DNA of 64,000 bases, taken from the NCBI GenBank assembly GCA_049513715.1, contig JBEKVV010000005.1:128001-192000 (forward strand). The letters are read 5' to 3'. Below, piece after piece: positions 10,540 through 21,420 of this stretch (position 1 is its first letter; each line of letters opens with the position of its first letter). The notes beneath the pieces were generated by a model, which was not told where the DNA came from, did not search any database, and saw only the letters and a program-made list of their open reading frames with translations. The translations under genes were made by a program, and so were the position numbers. The stretch is from Candidatus Bathyarchaeia archaeon. Its GTDB lineage: Archaea > Thermoproteota > Bathyarchaeia > 40CM-2-53-6.

Positions 10540-10911
10540 TTGCCCCGAAGTCACACTATGTTTTCAGTATTCCTGATTCTCGTATCGTCAATGTTACTGT
10601 TTTCGCACGGAAGCATGATGCTTGGCGGAGGGATCACTATACTGACATCAACGATGACGACCACAGTTGAAGTGACTTACAATTACTTCACGAGTTCGAA
10701 CGGGACAACGCTCTTAGGCGGACATCTCACAACGAGCACGTTAGCCATCCCCATGACTGCGACAAGCACCTTTGCCAATTCCACTTCGTCAGCCTGGGGG
10801 CCTTTGCCGACCCTCGGTTTTGACCCGGGATGGATTATTGTTGGCCTAGTTCTGGGAATTGTTGCCCTCTACCTAATTCGCCGACACACTCACGAAGCTT
10901 ACATTGAATAA
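10540..10911 (+). CDS. Small secreted Thr-rich protein with C-terminal TM anchor
   Basis: Signal-like N-terminus, Thr-rich body, LGF + TM + RRH tail. Confidence 0.65.
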   Translation: MPRSHTMFSVFLILVSSMLLFSHGSMMLGGGITILTSTMTTTVEVTYNYFTSSNGTTLLGGHLTTSTLAIPMTATSTFANSTSSAWGPLPTLGFDPGWIIVGLVLGIVALYLIRRHTHEAYIE

Positions 10912-10938
10912 TGTTACCTTGTCCGTAGTCTTTCGCTG

Positions 10939-11571
10939 TTAGCTAATTGCTTCTAATATCTGCTGGGCGACACTGTCGGGATCTGCGTTCGCGTCATCGT
11001 TTCGTATGTTCTTGAGTATGCTCTTGGCGCGGTAGAACTCAACAACCGGTTCAGATGCTTCCCTGTAAACCTTCAAGCGTTCCCGAATCACTTCGGGTTG
11101 ATCGTCCACACGCCTGTACAACTCACCGTCACACTTGTCGCATTTACCCGAAATCTTCGGTTTTAGGGTCCGTTCATTGTAAATTTCTCCGCACGCTCTG
11201 CATTGAAGGCGCGCAGAAAGTCTAGCAACGATTAAATCATCCGGGACCCCGAGATTAACGACAGCGTCAAGTTTCGTGATTCTCTCAAGTGCCTTTGCTT
11301 GGTTGACTGTTCGCGGGTATCCCTCTAGAATGAATCCTTTCGAGACCTCGGCGCTTATGCGGTTCTTTAGTATCTCGGTGATTACATCGTCCGGTACCAG
11401 AGCTCCTGAGTTGCTGTAGTTCTCGATCGTTTTCCCCAGAGGAGTATTGTTACGAATCTCCTCTCGGACTAGATTGCCCGTGGAGATGTGCGGAACACCA
11501 AGTTTCTGGGTCAGCCTAGAAGCGTAGGTCCCCTTCCCGGACCCGGGTGGGCCAAATATGACAACTCTCAC
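10939..11571 (-). CDS. adk: Adenylate kinase (bacterial-type, Zn-lid)
   Basis: GPPGSGKGT P-loop, GYPRT, CxxC..CxxC lid, RVDD. Confidence 0.93.
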   Translation of the reverse strand: MRVVIFGPPGSGKGTYASRLTQKLGVPHISTGNLVREEIRNNTPLGKTIENYSNSGALVPDDVITEILKNRISAEVSKGFILEGYPRTVNQAKALERITKLDAVVNLGVPDDLIVARLSARLQCRACGEIYNERTLKPKISGKCDKCDGELYRRVDDQPEVIRERLKVYREASEPVVEFYRAKSILKNIRNDDANADPDSVAQQILEAIS

Positions 11572-11887
11572 CGCCCAAGCCTCCCATTAATCGAACTTAG
11601 GGTGAGAGCTCGGCCTTTTACCTGTGTGCAGTTTTCGCGATAACAAGTGGTCCACATCACATTTTCCACAGGCATCTGTGTAACCTTACACTAACGATGA
11701 GGCAGCTAGCAGTTTAAGAAATCGATGCTTCAACGTCAGGGACGAAAACGGGCGCTGTTTCTGTGTTAGCCTAATGTCGTGAATCGCTCGTCATCGGCAA
11801 TCGCGTTCGGAGTGAATCCCGCCGATGCTGTCTCGAAAATACATTCAAGTATTGCGTGCTGGAACGTGGGTTCGCCGCGTAACTGCA

Positions 11888-12658
11888 ATGACTGACATTG
11901 TGGGGTTGGTGGGTCTTGTCCTTGCAGCCTTGGCGGCAGGGATTATCAATTCTGTAGCTGGCGGTGGAACTCTCGTCTCTTTCCCCGCGCTCGTCGCATT
12001 CGGCCAACCAGAAATAGTTTCTAACGCGACGAATACGGCGGCATTGTGGCCTGGTTCGGTGAGCAGTGCGCTCGGTTACAGAAAAGACACGTCGGTCCAG
12101 CGCGGCCTTCTAATAATACTCGCTGTTCCAAGCCTAGTAGGCGGCCTCGTCGGTGCAATGATTCTAGTTAATACGACTGCCGAAACCTTCAAACTAATCG
12201 TGCCATTCCTAGTTCTCTTTGCCACGCTCGTACTCGCCTCACGCAGTATTCTCAGCAAAAGAATTGGCAGCCGCACGGACGGAGAACATGTGACTAGGAT
12301 GGGTCAGATTGGGGGAACGATCTTTCAATTCTTCGTTGGAACATACGGAGGGTATTTTGGTGCTGGTATCGGTATCCTAATGCTCGGATCCTTCAGCTTG
12401 ATGGGCTTGCGAGACGTTCACAAAATGAACGCAATCAAAACCCCACTGCAAGCCGCGGTCAACTTGACCGCTTTCATCTTCTTTGCGTTGAAAGGGCTAG
12501 TGGTTTGGCCTTTGGCGTTTCTTATGATGGGTGGTGCAATTACTGGAGGGTACGGCGGGGCACGGTTGGCTAAGCGTGTGAACCCGCGACTGTTACATTA
12601 TTGCATAGTCGCGATAGGCCTAGGCGTTTCAGTTTGGTTCTTCTTCAAATCCTTTTAG
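11888..12658 (+). CDS. Sulfite exporter TauE/SafE family membrane protein
   Basis: AGIINSVAGGGTLVSFP, GTYGGYFGAGIG; ATG 11888 preferred over 11825. Confidence 0.9.
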   Translation: MTDIVGLVGLVLAALAAGIINSVAGGGTLVSFPALVAFGQPEIVSNATNTAALWPGSVSSALGYRKDTSVQRGLLIILAVPSLVGGLVGAMILVNTTAETFKLIVPFLVLFATLVLASRSILSKRIGSRTDGEHVTRMGQIGGTIFQFFVGTYGGYFGAGIGILMLGSFSLMGLRDVHKMNAIKTPLQAAVNLTAFIFFALKGLVVWPLAFLMMGGAITGGYGGARLAKRVNPRLLHYCIVAIGLGVSVWFFFKSF

Positions 12659-12772
12659 TGAATTTGACCGCCCCAGTCCTCGGCCGCTACACTTCCACGC
12701 CATAGTAGTGTTACACTGTCGTGTCTTTGAACCTGCATGAACTATAGGGCGCCAAAGCGTTTTCCTGCTGGA

Positions 12773-13522
12773 TCATCTTCGGTGGCCAAACACTATTGTG
12801 CCAACTATTATCATTCCAACATCGAACGCGATGAGGGCTAGAAGGTCGTAATGGAACGGAAAGACCGGAGTCCAAGCTTCCCTGAGAATTATGACACGCA
12901 AGGCGTCGACCCCATAGGTGAGTGGGTCCACGACGCTAACCCATCTGAGCCACTGTGGGACAAAGGTTAACGGAAAAAGTGCGCCGCTCAAGAAGAACAA
13001 TGGCAAGTTGACGAAGGTTTGAATGACCCCAAAACTTTCCAGACTATCCATCAGCGAAGCTATGGTCAAACCTGTTGACACCATTCCGAAGGTAATCAGT
13101 ACCATCACCGGCAGCGAGAGAAGGAATGCTACAGGGTTGGGGCTTATCCCCACAATGAAGCTGAACAGGAAAACGAAACTCCCTTGTATCACAGCATCCG
13201 TACTGCCACCCAACATCTTTCCCACGAAGACTGAAGCCCTCGAGATCGGAGCCACAAGAATTTCCTTGAGGAAGCCGAACTCTCTATCCCAGATGACTGA
13301 GATTCCCATGAACATTGATGTGAAGAGTAGCGTTTGCCCAATGATTCCGGGAAAGATGAATTTCTGGTAATCGATCCCTGTCGTTGCGAAACGCATTCCT
13401 GAACCAAAGATCACCAGCCACAGAAGTGGTTGTATGAAAGAGCTGACCAGCCTTGTCTTCTCTCTCCCGTAACGTTTCACTTCCCTAAGCCATAGTGTGT
13501 AGATTCCTCGAATCTCACTCAT
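12773..13522 (-). CDS. ABC-2 type transporter permease
   Basis: DREFGFLKEILVAP, FLSGALFP, DPLTYGVDALR. Confidence 0.92.
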   Translation of the reverse strand: MSEIRGIYTLWLREVKRYGREKTRLVSSFIQPLLWLVIFGSGMRFATTGIDYQKFIFPGIIGQTLLFTSMFMGISVIWDREFGFLKEILVAPISRASVFVGKMLGGSTDAVIQGSFVFLFSFIVGISPNPVAFLLSLPVMVLITFGMVSTGLTIASLMDSLESFGVIQTFVNLPLFFLSGALFPLTFVPQWLRWVSVVDPLTYGVDALRVIILREAWTPVFPFHYDLLALIAFDVGMIIVGTIVFGHRR

Positions 13523-14520
13523 TTTATGCTATGCCTTCTTATTGCCGCTATCCCGCCGTATTCGTCTCCAACTTCACCGCGTATCTCTCTCCCCGTGTAG
13601 TTCAAAAAAACGTCCTCAAGTGTTGGTTCGTGGATTGACATGGAGTCGATGTGGATTCCTGAGCTTGCGGCGATTTCAACGACTCGCGGGAGGGCGGCAT
13701 TGCCATCTTTGACCACCAGCTTCAGCTGACCGTTTTCCTCACGTGATTCCTTCACCCAACCCACGCCAATCAATTTCGCAGACAACTGCTTCATCGCATC
13801 CGTCTTAACTGAAATTATGTCACCCTCAAGTGCCTCTTTGAGTCTATCCGGCTCGTCGAGCGCGACTATTTTTCCGTAGTCTATGATAGCCACGCGGTCG
13901 CACAAATTGTCAGCTTCCTCCATGTAGTGAGTTGTGAGAATGATCGTGATGCCCTCGCGTTCACTCAGCTCAGAAATGTAGGTCCAGATGTGCCCTCGGG
14001 TTTGAGGATCTAGACCTAAGGTTGGCTCGTCGAGGAACAACACTTTCGGGTAATGTATGAACCCTCTTGCTATCTCAAGGCGCCGCCTCATCCCTCCGGA
14101 ATAGGTTCTCATGAGCAGATCAGCCTTGTCGTGCAACTCGACCAGTTCCAAGACATCTTCTATACGTTTCCTCTGCTCTCTCTTCGGAACCCCATACAGA
14201 TCGGCGTGCATCTCCAAGTTCTCCCGCCCGGTTAGCCTGTCATCGATGCTCGGTTCCTGAAACACGATGCCTATCGAGCGGCGGACTTGCGATGGGTGCT
14301 CTGTTATGTCGTACCCGTTCACAATTGCTGTTCCGGAAGTTGGTTTCAGAATAGTGCATAACATAGACAAGGTCGTGGTTTTTCCGGCTCCGTTCGGACC
14401 AAGTAGTCCGAAGACCTCGCCTTGTTCGACTGTGAAATTCAGAGTATCAACCGCGACAAGTTCTCTGAACTTTCGCGTTAGATCTCTGACATCAATTACG
14501 TTGCTCATGCCTACAGCCAA
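13519..14520 (-). CDS. ABC transporter ATP-binding protein (DrrA-like)
   Basis: GPNGAGKTT, YSGGMRRR, LDEPT, TTHYMEEA. Confidence 0.95.
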   Translation of the reverse strand: MAVGMSNVIDVRDLTRKFRELVAVDTLNFTVEQGEVFGLLGPNGAGKTTTLSMLCTILKPTSGTAIVNGYDITEHPSQVRRSIGIVFQEPSIDDRLTGRENLEMHADLYGVPKREQRKRIEDVLELVELHDKADLLMRTYSGGMRRRLEIARGFIHYPKVLFLDEPTLGLDPQTRGHIWTYISELSEREGITIILTTHYMEEADNLCDRVAIIDYGKIVALDEPDRLKEALEGDIISVKTDAMKQLSAKLIGVGWVKESREENGQLKLVVKDGNAALPRVVEIAASSGIHIDSMSIHEPTLEDVFLNYTGREIRGEVGDEYGGIAAIRRHSIK

Positions 14521-14712
14521 GACCGGCTTACGTCCCTAGGCGTTTATGTTTATAGTGTGTGTTTTTCGTTCCCGAAGCAGAAAGATGACGCTGCAGAATG
14601 CGATTTCTTGAGGTATTTTTCGTGGACGAATTCAAAAATCGCGGCCACGAAAATTCCATCAATTCCCGTCTCTTTCTCGCCCGGGATGTGCAGGTAGAAG
14701 TAGTCCTTCGCA

Positions 14713-15921
14713 CTAAGATGGCAGCGCTCCGATAACTACCGGTACGACCACATATTTGGTTGATCTGACTATGCCGAATTGCATCGTCTGTCCTGGAGTG
14801 GCGTGCCTTTCTAGGTATGTTGAAAGCGAGTCGTAGTTAACAATCCGGATTCCGTTTATAGAGACGATCATGTCGCCTCCGATGATGTACTGTTGCGCAC
14901 CTATGGTAACCAAGTTCTGCCCTGCCTTGAGACCAGCTTTGTCTGCTGGCCCGCCTGGAACTGTTTTTTCTACCAAGACGCCATAAGTGTAGTTGGTTCC
15001 TATTGTTTGGGCCAATTGGTAATTCATGTCGTCCCCCTGAAACCCGAGGTAAGGATGCATATTGTATTTCCCTGTGCTTATGAGAGACGGCAGTTCACGG
15101 AGGATGGTGTCGGACGGTATGGCGAAACCGACCCCCTGCGCACCGGTTACTGCTGCGGAGGTAATTCCAAGAACCGTGCCATCAGCATTGAGCAACGGTC
15201 CCCCGGAATTTCCAGGATTTATGGGCGCACTGAATTGGATCGCGTCGGCTAGGGTGAACGTTCCTGTAGTGGATTGATACTGTATACTTCTTCCCAGTTG
15301 ACTTACTATGCCGAAAGTCACTGAGCCCGAGAGCCCGAAAGGATTCCCGATTGCTAAAACAGGTTGGCCAACTCTCAAAGTGTATGATGATGCGAAGTTT
15401 AGAGGGTGAAGGTCGTTCTGCGGAGCTTTGGTTGAGAGAACTGCGATGTCGCTGTAAGGGTCAGACCCGACGACCGTTGCCACGTAGGCGTCACCGTTCC
15501 AGAACGTTACCGTCGTGTTAACCATCGAGTCTACTACGTGGAAATTGGTTACCACAAGATACGAATCAGAATTCTCAATAACAAAACCAGAACCAAGCAC
15601 ACTTTCCACGCTCGTCTGGGGGCCGAATATGGTTAGCACTGTTACACTTCGCGACCCCTGAACTGTGACTACGCTGTCGTTGGAGCTGGCGTAGATGGCG
15701 ACCGGGTTCAAACCAACGACAGATACGTTTCCTTGTGGTTGAGTAGAGGAAAGTTGATTCCGCAGCTTTCCAACAGACTCTTGAAGTGAGGCAACTTTCG
15801 CGTTTGCCGAGGCCAAGGCAGAATTATAGTACACAATCATTGAACCGAGAACCAATACGAATAACAGAAGAATACCAGCAGCTCTTCTGATAGTGACTTG
15901 CTGAGAACCCATATTGACCAA
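14713..15921 (-). CDS. htrA: HtrA/DegP-type trypsin-like serine protease with PDZ
   Basis: GSGF, TNFHVV, DIAVL, INPGNSGGPL, C-terminal PDZ; N-terminal TM. Confidence 0.92.
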   Translation of the reverse strand: MVNMGSQQVTIRRAAGILLLFVLVLGSMIVYYNSALASANAKVASLQESVGKLRNQLSSTQPQGNVSVVGLNPVAIYASSNDSVVTVQGSRSVTVLTIFGPQTSVESVLGSGFVIENSDSYLVVTNFHVVDSMVNTTVTFWNGDAYVATVVGSDPYSDIAVLSTKAPQNDLHPLNFASSYTLRVGQPVLAIGNPFGLSGSVTFGIVSQLGRSIQYQSTTGTFTLADAIQFSAPINPGNSGGPLLNADGTVLGITSAAVTGAQGVGFAIPSDTILRELPSLISTGKYNMHPYLGFQGDDMNYQLAQTIGTNYTYGVLVEKTVPGGPADKAGLKAGQNLVTIGAQQYIIGGDMIVSINGIRIVNYDSLSTYLERHATPGQTMQFGIVRSTKYVVVPVVIGALPS

Positions 15922-16102
15922 TCCGATTTCGAGGAAGTTAGCAACTACAGCACGTAGTTAAACTTTCACACGAACCAACCGGCCGCACCAGCCAGGTTAG
16001 CCGCAACTAAGGCTCGGCTACAGGTACTACTACGAGCTCTCTGGATTCTGGAACCGCGCTATCTTTGACCGTCAAAGGACTGTGTGGGGTTGTGCCAACT
16101 TT

Positions 16103-16615
16103 CTAATCTTGGGGTTTGTGGCATCTAAACGAGTGAACCACAGTGTCATAGAGTTCGCCAAAATCTGGGGGCGCGTTAGGCGAGAGCATGGTGTAGATCA
16201 CAAAGTACCTCGATGTTTCGGCGCAACGTAGATGAACTGAGTATGCGTCATGTTTCACGGTTCTTTTGCCAGGGAGTAAGCCGCCAGCTGCCTCGTCGAG
16301 CGTTATGTGATTGAACGCGGCTTTGTGTGAGTTTACTTCAATTGAGTCTTGCTTGACCCGCTCAAAATTACGCACATTCCCGGTCTTACGGATGTTTTTT
16401 AGCGTTTGTTCGGCTTGTTCCTCCACCGTCGGGAACTTCTCCTGAACTTTCTCTATCGCCCCCCAAGTAACGAAGACCTTCTCCCTGTCGGGGAAGTGAA
16501 AAACAATATCACCGCCCTCACGGCGGCTTTTGGGGTTAAATTCAATCCTGCAAACTTTCGGGTAGTCTATGGAGAAACCGTAGATGCTGAACTTTTCGAA
16601 ACTCTCTTTTTCCAA
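16103..16615 (-). CDS. Hypothetical protein
   Basis: 170-aa ORF. Confidence 0.65.
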   Translation of the reverse strand: MEKESFEKFSIYGFSIDYPKVCRIEFNPKSRREGGDIVFHFPDREKVFVTWGAIEKVQEKFPTVEEQAEQTLKNIRKTGNVRNFERVKQDSIEVNSHKAAFNHITLDEAAGGLLPGKRTVKHDAYSVHLRCAETSRYFVIYTMLSPNAPPDFGELYDTVVHSFRCHKPQD

Positions 16616-16806
16616 GAAACAACACTCACAGTGTACCCTGACTAGCTTGAAGTGTGGAAATTAATGATTCCGCACAAGGTTTGCCCTCGAAAAGTAACGT
16701 TGTTCAAGGTATGGCGAAAGCTACGCGACCTAATCGAAGGGTCTGATATCCATGTGGGAGGAGACCAATCCGTAAGCAAACGAATATGTCACAATCGTCA
16801 TTTGGT

Positions 16807-17874
16807 CTACCTGGCAATTTGTGAAACCTGATGCTTACTGATTTGTCTAGCGGCCTTCTCAGCTGCAGTCAAGGTGTATTCTATGTCTTCTCTCTCAATA
16901 CCTCTATGCGTAACCATCCTCACCCGCGCGCCCTCCACTGCTCCCGCCTTTACTCCGAACTCGTTCATCTTTGCAACCCACTCCTCCGCGTTTACTCCCA
17001 AACCTTTCACATCGTAGATGACGATGTTCGTTTGAACACGTGATGGATCTATGGAGATTCCGTTGATCTTCGCAAGCCCTTGCGCTAGCATTTTGGCGTT
17101 TGCGTGGTCATCTTTGAGGCGGTCGATCATTTTTTCGATCGCAACTATCCCTGCGGCCGCGATTACTCCTGCCTGTCGCATACCTCCTCCAAGCATCTTT
17201 CTATAGCGCCTAGCACGACCGACAAACTCGCTGTTGCCCACCACCAGAGACCCGATCGGTGCACTCAAACCTTTGGAAAGGCAGAACATCAAAGTGTCTA
17301 CGCTACGCGTGAACTCACGCACGTCTACATCCTGCGCCACGGCAGCATTGAATATTCTAGCCCCATCCATGTGAACGCTCAAGTCGCGGCTCTTCGCGAA
17401 ATCAAATACGGCTTTTGTTTGGGACGGCGACCAAACTGTTCCACCGGCGCGGTTGTGGGTGTTTTCTAAACAAACCAGTGTAGTGGGAGGGAAGTGAATA
17501 TTGGGTGGCCTTAGTGCTGCATCGATCTCCTCCGGTGTCATGACTCCCGCTTGTCCTCTAACAAGCCGAGGAATGAGCCCACCCAACGCAGAGAACGCAC
17601 CGACTTCATAGTAGTACATGTGCGCATCAGTCTCCAAGATGACCTCATCACCTCGTTTGGTTTGACTCAAAACACTCACCAAGTTTGCTTGTGTTCCGCT
17701 GGTAGTGAGTAGTGCCGCTTCTTTGCCCATCTTCCTGGCGGCGAGCTCTTCAAGCCGGTTAACGGTCGGGTCCTCTCGATAGACATCGTCCCCTAACTTG
17801 GCCGTTCGAATCGCCTCAAGCATTTCCTCAGTTGGCAACGTGACAGTGTCGCTCCTCAGATCAACAATCCGCAA
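16807..17874 (-). CDS. ltaE: Low-specificity L-threonine aldolase
   Basis: DLRSDTVT, LENTHN, HMDGARIFNA, CLSKGL.APIGS, GGGMRQAG. Confidence 0.95.
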   Translation of the reverse strand: MRIVDLRSDTVTLPTEEMLEAIRTAKLGDDVYREDPTVNRLEELAARKMGKEAALLTTSGTQANLVSVLSQTKRGDEVILETDAHMYYYEVGAFSALGGLIPRLVRGQAGVMTPEEIDAALRPPNIHFPPTTLVCLENTHNRAGGTVWSPSQTKAVFDFAKSRDLSVHMDGARIFNAAVAQDVDVREFTRSVDTLMFCLSKGLSAPIGSLVVGNSEFVGRARRYRKMLGGGMRQAGVIAAAGIVAIEKMIDRLKDDHANAKMLAQGLAKINGISIDPSRVQTNIVIYDVKGLGVNAEEWVAKMNEFGVKAGAVEGARVRMVTHRGIEREDIEYTLTAAEKAARQISKHQVSQIAR

Positions 17875-18037
17875 ACTAACCCGCCAAATCCACGTGCCAA
17901 CTAACAGCCAAATATACGTACTGGAAAGATTACAGATACCTCGTTTGCGCGCATCGTAGACGCAGGCCGCTCAAGCTATTGAGATTATGTATAGTATAGT
18001 GGGCAGTAGATATATCGGCCTCCAATATCAATAGACA

Positions 18038-19009
18038 ATGAGTGTCGCTTCAGTGTGCCCGCATTACACGGAGCTTGCGTTGCGCGATGGAGATTACGAT
18101 TCTTCAGATGCGGGATTGATTCTCAACATAGCAAGGTATTCCACTCACGATGGCCCAGGCATTCGCACCACCGTATTTTTCAAAGGATGCCCTCTTAATT
18201 GCTGGTGGTGCCACAATCCCGAAAGCCAATCCCCCGTGCCACAACTCATCTTCAGGGAAGACAGGTGTATCCATTGCTTTGCTTGTGTGAAAACCTGTCC
18301 GCATCAAGCGCTTGTGATAATCGATGACAGCCCGGCGGCGCTCGGTGATCTATGTGACCTCTCAGGCGAATGTGTTCGAGTATGCCATTCCGGGGCACGC
18401 GAAATCGTCGGTAAGAAGATGATTTCTGCCAACCTGATGAACGAGATAGAGAGGGACACCGTGTTCTATGATGAGTCTGGAGGAGGGGTCACATTTTCAG
18501 GGGGCGAACCGTTCATGCAACCTCGATTCCTCAAGAGCCTTCTCAGACTATGCAAAGAGAGAAGGATACATACCGCAGTAGAAACTTGCGGCTTCGTCAA
18601 TTCTGAAGTCCTTGCTAGCACCAGCGCATACGTCGATCAGTACCTTTACGATTTGAAAATCATACAGGATGAAAAACATAGAAAATTCACCCGCGTCTCA
18701 AACGCACTAATCCTGCAAAATCTTAGACAGCTCGCTCGTTCCCATGACCACGTCACGATTCGATTTCCAGTCATTCCAAGCGTGAATGATGATGAAGAGA
18801 ACGTGTCACAACTTGGCGAATTCGTGGCGTCTTTGAGGGGGATTGAAGAAGTTGATGTTCTTCCTTATCATGAACTCGGCATCGCGAAATACGGGAGGTT
18901 AGGAGTAAGCTACAGGATGTGCGAGATCAAGCCACCTTCAAGTGAAGAAGTAACGAACGTAGTGGAACGGCTCAGAGAGTACGGACTAAAAGTGAAAGTT
19001 GGAGGTTGA
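18038..19009 (+). CDS. Glycyl-radical enzyme activating protein (radical SAM with ferredoxin insert)
   Basis: HDGPGIRTTVFFKGCPLNCWWCHNPES, extra Cys clusters, SGGEP, LPYH. Confidence 0.96.
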   Translation: MSVASVCPHYTELALRDGDYDSSDAGLILNIARYSTHDGPGIRTTVFFKGCPLNCWWCHNPESQSPVPQLIFREDRCIHCFACVKTCPHQALVIIDDSPAALGDLCDLSGECVRVCHSGAREIVGKKMISANLMNEIERDTVFYDESGGGVTFSGGEPFMQPRFLKSLLRLCKERRIHTAVETCGFVNSEVLASTSAYVDQYLYDLKIIQDEKHRKFTRVSNALILQNLRQLARSHDHVTIRFPVIPSVNDDEENVSQLGEFVASLRGIEEVDVLPYHELGIAKYGRLGVSYRMCEIKPPSSEEVTNVVERLREYGLKVKVGG

Positions 19010-19013
19010 AGCC

Positions 19014-21371
19014 ATGAACGAGAGAGTTCGAAGACTGAGGCAAGTTAGTCTAGATACCAGGTCGCATATTTCCACGGAACGAGCTGAAATCATGACTGGA
19101 TTTTATCGAAGTTCTCTGGAGCCTTCAGCTCCTGTCCGCAGGGCCTTGGCATTCAAGCAGCTAATGGAGAGCAAAACAATCTGGATTGGTCAGGACGAAC
19201 TTATCGTCGGAGAAAGAGGCCCTGCTCCGAAGGCGACTTACACTTATCCTGAATTATGTTGCCATAGCCTTGAAGATCTCAGAATCCTCAACGACCGCAA
19301 GAAGATCTCCTTCGCAGTCAACGACGAAGCGCGCCGAACGTACGAGCAGAAGATTATCCCGTTCTGGCGCGGCCGAACGATGCGTGACATGATTTTCTCC
19401 GAGATGACGGAAGAATGGAAAGCAGCCTATAACGCAGGTGTTTACACCGAATTCATGGAGCAACGCGCTCCTGGCCACACAGTCTTAGATGATAAAATCT
19501 ATCGCAGAGGATTCCTCGACTTCAAGGCTGACATTGAAAAGAGCTTGCAAAACCTAGATTTTGATGATGATCCCGCGGCCTACCCCAAACAGAAGGAACT
19601 GGAGGCTATGTCAATTTGCTGCGACGTCATCGTACGATTCGCTGAACGACACGCTGAGAGAGCGCGAGGGATGACCAAGCACGAAACCGACCCTAACCGG
19701 AGGAAGGAATTAGAGAGAATAGCTGAAGTCTGCTCTCACGTCCCAGCGCACGCGCCTCGAGATTTCTGGGAAGCTTTGCAGGCCTATTGGTTTGTCCACT
19801 TAGGCGTTATTTCGGAGCTGAATACTTGGGATTCGTTTTGCCCAGGCCATTTGGACCAACACTTGTACCCATTCTACAAGAAGGAGCTGGAAGAAGGTAC
19901 CCTGACTCGCGAGCAGGCGAAAGAACTTCTAGGATGTTTCTGGGTGAAATTCAACAACCAGCCCGCCCCACCAAAGGTCGGAGTGACCGCAGAAGAAAGT
20001 GCAACCTACACTGATTTTGCTAACATAAACATAGGCGGCCTTAGGCCAGACGGCTCTGATGGAGTCAACGATGTTAGTTACCTGATCCTAGAAGTTATTG
20101 ACGACATGCGGCTGACACAACCATCCTCCAACATCCAACTAAGCAAGAAGAACCCTGACCGTTTCTTAGCGAGGGCATGTGAAATCATTCGAGAAGGATG
20201 GGGACAACCCTCTCTCTTCAACGCTGACTTGGTCGTGGAGGAACTCGTTCGCCAAGGCAAATCGATTGCCGACGCGCGATCTGGCGGGACGAGCGGTTGC
20301 GTGGAAACAGGTTGCTTTGGGAAGGAAGCCTACATACTCACTGGATATCTCAACCTGCCAAAAATACTGGAAATCACCCTCAACAATGGAACCGACCCAA
20401 GAACGGGCAAGAAGATTGGCTTGGAGACAGGTGACCCTACAGCATTCAAATCATTTTACGATGTCTTTGATGCCTTCGCTAAACAACTCAAGTACTTTGT
20501 TGACACTAAGGTCAAAGGGAATAACATTATTGAGAGGCTATTCGCCGCCAATATGCCAGCCCCGTTTCTTTCCACACTAATTGATGATTGCATAAGATCT
20601 GGCAAGGACTACAACGACGGTGGGCCTAGGTACAACACCACTTACATCATGGGCGTGGGCATCGGTACATTGACCGACAGCCTATCAGCGATCAAATACC
20701 ACGTCTTCGACGAGAAGGCTCTTACTATGGATCAGTTGCTGAAATTACTGGCGGACAATTTCGAGAGACAAGAGAGAACACGCCTGATGCTGTGGAACAA
20801 GACGCCGAAGTATGGAAATGACGATGATTACGCCGACACGATACTGAGGGCATCATTCAACGCTTTTCATGACACGGTAAGCGGCCGGAAGAATACGAAG
20901 GGCGGATTCTATGCGGTCAATTATCTTTCCACTACTTGCCACATCTATTTTGGGTCAAGGGTAGGCGCAACGCCGGACGGAAGAAAAGCTTGGGAGCCTG
21001 TTTCTGAAGGCATCTCGCCAGTGCAAGGTGCAGATATGCACGGCCCTACTGCTGTGATAAAGTCCGCCGCCAAAATGGATCAAGTTCGCACCAGCGGAAC
21101 ACTGCTTAATCAAAAATTCTCTCCATCACTCCTTCAAGGCGAAGAAGGCATCAACAACCTAGCACATTTGGTGCGATCCTACTTCAAGTTGGACGGCCAT
21201 CACATTCAGTTGAATGTCATAACAGGAGAGACCCTTCGAGCAGCCCAAGCCAACCCGGAAAAGTATAGAGACTTGATTGTCCGCGTGGCAGGGTACAGCG
21301 ATTACTTCTGCGACCTCAACAAGGCCTTACAGGACGAAATCATCGCCCGAACGGAACACAAATCCTACTGA
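19014..21371 (+). CDS. hypD: Glycyl radical enzyme, trans-4-hydroxy-L-proline dehydratase (HypD)-type
   Basis: RVAGYS Gly loop, SGCVE Cys loop, EQRAPGH, NTWDSF, PPKVGVTAEESATYTDF; GGAGG RBS before ATG 19014. Confidence 0.85.
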   Translation: MNERVRRLRQVSLDTRSHISTERAEIMTGFYRSSLEPSAPVRRALAFKQLMESKTIWIGQDELIVGERGPAPKATYTYPELCCHSLEDLRILNDRKKISFAVNDEARRTYEQKIIPFWRGRTMRDMIFSEMTEEWKAAYNAGVYTEFMEQRAPGHTVLDDKIYRRGFLDFKADIEKSLQNLDFDDDPAAYPKQKELEAMSICCDVIVRFAERHAERARGMTKHETDPNRRKELERIAEVCSHVPAHAPRDFWEALQAYWFVHLGVISELNTWDSFCPGHLDQHLYPFYKKELEEGTLTREQAKELLGCFWVKFNNQPAPPKVGVTAEESATYTDFANINIGGLRPDGSDGVNDVSYLILEVIDDMRLTQPSSNIQLSKKNPDRFLARACEIIREGWGQPSLFNADLVVEELVRQGKSIADARSGGTSGCVETGCFGKEAYILTGYLNLPKILEITLNNGTDPRTGKKIGLETGDPTAFKSFYDVFDAFAKQLKYFVDTKVKGNNIIERLFAANMPAPFLSTLIDDCIRSGKDYNDGGPRYNTTYIMGVGIGTLTDSLSAIKYHVFDEKALTMDQLLKLLADNFERQERTRLMLWNKTPKYGNDDDYADTILRASFNAFHDTVSGRKNTKGGFYAVNYLSTTCHIYFGSRVGATPDGRKAWEPVSEGISPVQGADMHGPTAVIKSAAKMDQVRTSGTLLNQKFSPSLLQGEEGINNLAHLVRSYFKLDGHHIQLNVITGETLRAAQANPEKYRDLIVRVAGYSDYFCDLNKALQDEIIARTEHKSY

Positions 21372-21420
21372 GGCATAGACGCCCCGATTTCAGCACGTCA
21401 AGAGATGTTGAAGCAGATTT

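Noticed and set aside
15981..15990. GGCCGCACCA resembling a tRNA-Gly 3' end
   Set aside because: No T-loop at the expected 12-nt spacing and no A/B arm; probably chance.
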